The position numbers and the translations under genes are program-made. A stretch of 24,000 nt of DNA, from assembly GCF_003818135.1 (NCBI RefSeq), contig NZ_RPOH01000017.1, positions 28,670 to 52,669 on the forward strand, read 5' to 3'. Source of the stretch: Buttiauxella warmboldiae. Lineage in GTDB: Bacteria; Pseudomonadota; Gammaproteobacteria; Enterobacterales; Enterobacteriaceae. The notes beneath the pieces are model-generated. The model saw nothing but the letters and a program-made list of their open reading frames with translations. It made no database searches and was not told the DNA's origin. This document shows positions 22,487-24,000 of the stretch, piece after piece (position 1 is the first letter of the stretch; each line of letters opens with the position of its first letter).

Positions 22487-22978
22487 ATGTCCAAAAAGAG
22501 AAAAGCCAGGAGTTCCATGGAAACCTGTTTTAAGATCCTTCAGCTTAAGTTCGGCCAGAAGCTGACCAACCGTTGCATCGCACTGACGCTGAAAATCAGT
22601 GCATCAACCGTTTTTGAGGTGCTCTCCCGCTTTAAAGCCACGTCTCTCCCATGGCCCCTCCCTGAAGCCATATCCCACGCGGCCCTTGAAAAGCGTATCT
22701 TCCCGGCCAAAAGTGCCTCTGCGTCAGAGCTGGTTATGCCTGACCTGCTTCACTTCGATACTGAGATGAGAAAGCCAGGCGTGACGCGCCAGCTGCTGTG
22801 GATGGAGTACAAGGCTCAGGCCGGTGAGCTGGCTATGGGGTACTCCCACTTCTGCCGCTGCTATCGGGAGTGGAAAAAAACGCGCCGCCTCTCCATGCGC
22901 CAGGAGCACCGCGCCGGTGAAAAGCTTTTTATCGACTTCTGCGGCCCGACGGTCCCCGTCGTTAACCCGGATACTGGA
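22487..22978 (+). pseudogene. istA: IS21-family transposase IstA, N-terminal ~160 aa only
   Basis: MSKKRKARSSMETCFKILQLKFGQKLTNRCIALTLKISASTVFEVL...GVTRQLLWMEYKAQ...HRAGEKLFIDFCGPTVPVVNPDTG, after which the frame degenerates. The DDE domain is missing. Confidence 0.8.
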
Positions 22979-23234
22979 CGATCTGGGTCTGGAACCGCTG
23001 AGCAACGCGCAATGTAACGACCTGCTGGAGATAATCGAAGACCGCTACGGACAAAGCAGCACCATCGTAGTAAGCCAGTTCCCGGTAGACAAGTGGCACG
23101 GTCTGATGGAGAACCCGACAACGGCAGATGCGATCCTGGACAGGCTGGTGCATAACGCGCACAGGCTGGTACTCCAGGGAGAGTCAATGAGGAAAAATAA
23201 ACCGGCAGTGGAAAGCGATGAAAAAACAGGTTAA
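22971..23234 (+). pseudogene. istB: IS21-family helper ATPase IstB, C-terminal ~85 aa only
   Basis: ILDDLGLEPLSNAQCNDLLEIIEDRYGQSSTIVVSQFPVDKWHGLMENPTTADAILDRLVHNAHRLVLQGESMRK. This covers Walker B onward. The junction with istA' lies at ~22970-22978. Confidence 0.8.
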
Positions 23235-23333
23235 AAAGCAGTAGGAAAAGTTAAGTTCCCGGTTGATCGAATGGAAGCGAATCGCTGATCGAACTTCGAT
23301 GCCAATCCGTGATCGAATAGAGCGGAATACGCA

Positions 23334-23486
23334 GTTCATCCGGCGAAGCTTATCCAGTTGCGCCTGCAGATAGTCTATTTCGCGCTCCCGGTTGCTCAGC
23401 TTTTCCTGCAGGGTGTGGATCAACGCTTCCTGTTCAGCCAGGCGCTGTTTCAGCAGAGGGATGTCGTCAGAAGAGGTGTCGTTCAT
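23334..23486 (-). pseudogene. IS66-family transposase (TnpC) N-terminal leucine-zipper fragment, truncated by the IS21 remnant
   Basis: MNDTSSDDIPLLKQRLAEQEALIHTLQEKLSNREREIDYLQAQLDKLRRM. The expected continuation (LFG..SEK) is replaced by IS21 end sequence. Confidence 0.7.
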
Positions 23487-23524
23487 AAGCCCGCATTTTA
23501 CCAGGCTTATTCTGCGACGCTCAC
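23487..23524 (-). repeat. Possible IS66-family left inverted repeat (minus strand GTGAGCGTCGCAGAATAAGCC...)
   Basis: It lies directly upstream of the N-terminal TnpC fragment, at the point where the other TnpC fragment loses homology (after GSDHGGER). It suggests one IS66-type element inserted into another. Confidence 0.35.
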
Positions 23525-24000
23525 CTCCGTGATCGCTCCCGAAGAAGATATAGTTTTTCTTTCCCAGACATACTGCACGTAATGCCCGTTCTGCCGCGTT
23601 GTTATCAGGCTCTGCCAGCCCATCATCACAGTAGTAGCACAGCGCATCCCACTGGTTCAGAGCATAAGCGAACGCTTCACCCAGACGGGATTTTTTCGAC
23701 AGCGTCGCGCTTTTTTCTATCAGCCACTCATGCAGGGATGCCAGCAGCAGCTTGCTTTGGGATTGTCTGGCGGCCAGTCGCTCAACTGCCGGAAGGCCGC
23801 GTATGGCTTCTTCTATAGCGTACAGTTCACCGATACGCTTCAGTGCTTCCTCTGCTGTCGCCGTTTGGGTGCTTATATACACATCGTGGATTTTTCTGCG
23901 CGCATGGGCCCAGCAGGCCGCTTCTGTTAACGGGCCACCTTCACGCTCTGCGCTGAACAACCGGTCATAACCCGCGAAGGCATCCGCCTGCAGCACACCA
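23525..24000 (-). pseudogene. IS66-family transposase (TnpC) central/C-terminal fragment, continuing beyond the window
   Basis: LQADAFAGYDRLF...EAACWAHARRKIHDV...LYAIEEAIRG...RQSQSKLLLASLHEWL...LSKKSRLGEAFAYALNQWDALCYYCDDGLAEPDNNAAERALRAVCLGKKNYIFFGSDHGGER is the conserved IS66 TnpC core. Confidence 0.8.

Larger units (their letters stand above)
22311..23333 (+). mobile_element. IS21-family element with an internal istA-istB deletion
   Basis: Both ends carry repeated TGGCATC...GATC motifs, a multi-repeat arrangement typical of IS21. The left end TGCAGCTGCTG...TGGCATCTGAATCGATC aligns with the reverse complement of the right end, TGCGTATTCCG...TGGCATCGAAGTTCGATC. Both have the same 29-nt offset to TGGCATC. 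The left boundary could instead be ~22281. Confidence 0.7.

Noticed and set aside
22310-23996. Long ORFs 22310..23017(+), 22824..23234(+) and 23184..23996(-), read as intact genes, plus antisense ORFs 22724..23187 and 23358..23970
   Set aside because: The long ORFs are chimeras created by IS breakpoints: the IS21 end leader plus istA', out-of-frame istA sequence plus istB', and IS66 tnpC core plus IR plus tnpC N-terminus plus the IS21 end. They are reported instead as pseudogene fragments. The rest are antisense noise.

Overview
The window looks like an Enterobacterales chromosome segment in two parts. All family assignments come from motifs I recognise in the translations. I ran no database search.

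(1) Positions 1-8520 hold a moderate-GC type II secretion and chitin locus. On the minus strand are gspC-like, gspD, gspE and the 5' half of gspF. Divergent on the plus strand are a GbpA-type four-domain chitin-binding LPMO gene and a GH18 chitinase. The LPMO gene carries a 1-nt frameshift, and the gspD signal-peptide region also looks frameshifted.

(2) Positions ~8650-24000 hold a mosaic, IS-scarred genomic island with no intact integrase. Its contents are:
- an IS3-family remnant
- a decayed P4-type integrase
- a parDE toxin-antitoxin pair
- four compact accessory modules with a defence or addiction flavour
- a nested IS21/IS66 graveyard

The four modules are:
- (a) a ribbon-helix-helix fusion protein plus an apparently soluble KAP-family P-loop NTPase
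- (b) a convergent Xre/DUF2384-like HTH protein and a RES-domain protein
- (c) a DUF3800-like protein plus a small Xre HTH protein, facing a small basic membrane peptide
- (d) a translationally coupled operon: KfrA_N coiled-coil, a 206-aa Cys/His protein, DUF2971 and Abi_C

The three plus-strand modules are each preceded by a conserved non-coding element (GTTGCAA ... TTCGGATCT ... GA(R)AAA). It lies 138-166 bp upstream of the start codon. TGTAT-based palindromes or arrays sit closer to each start codon. I think modules (a), (c) and (d) and this shared leader element are the most likely uncharacterised biology here. I saw no tRNA, rRNA or CRISPR array.
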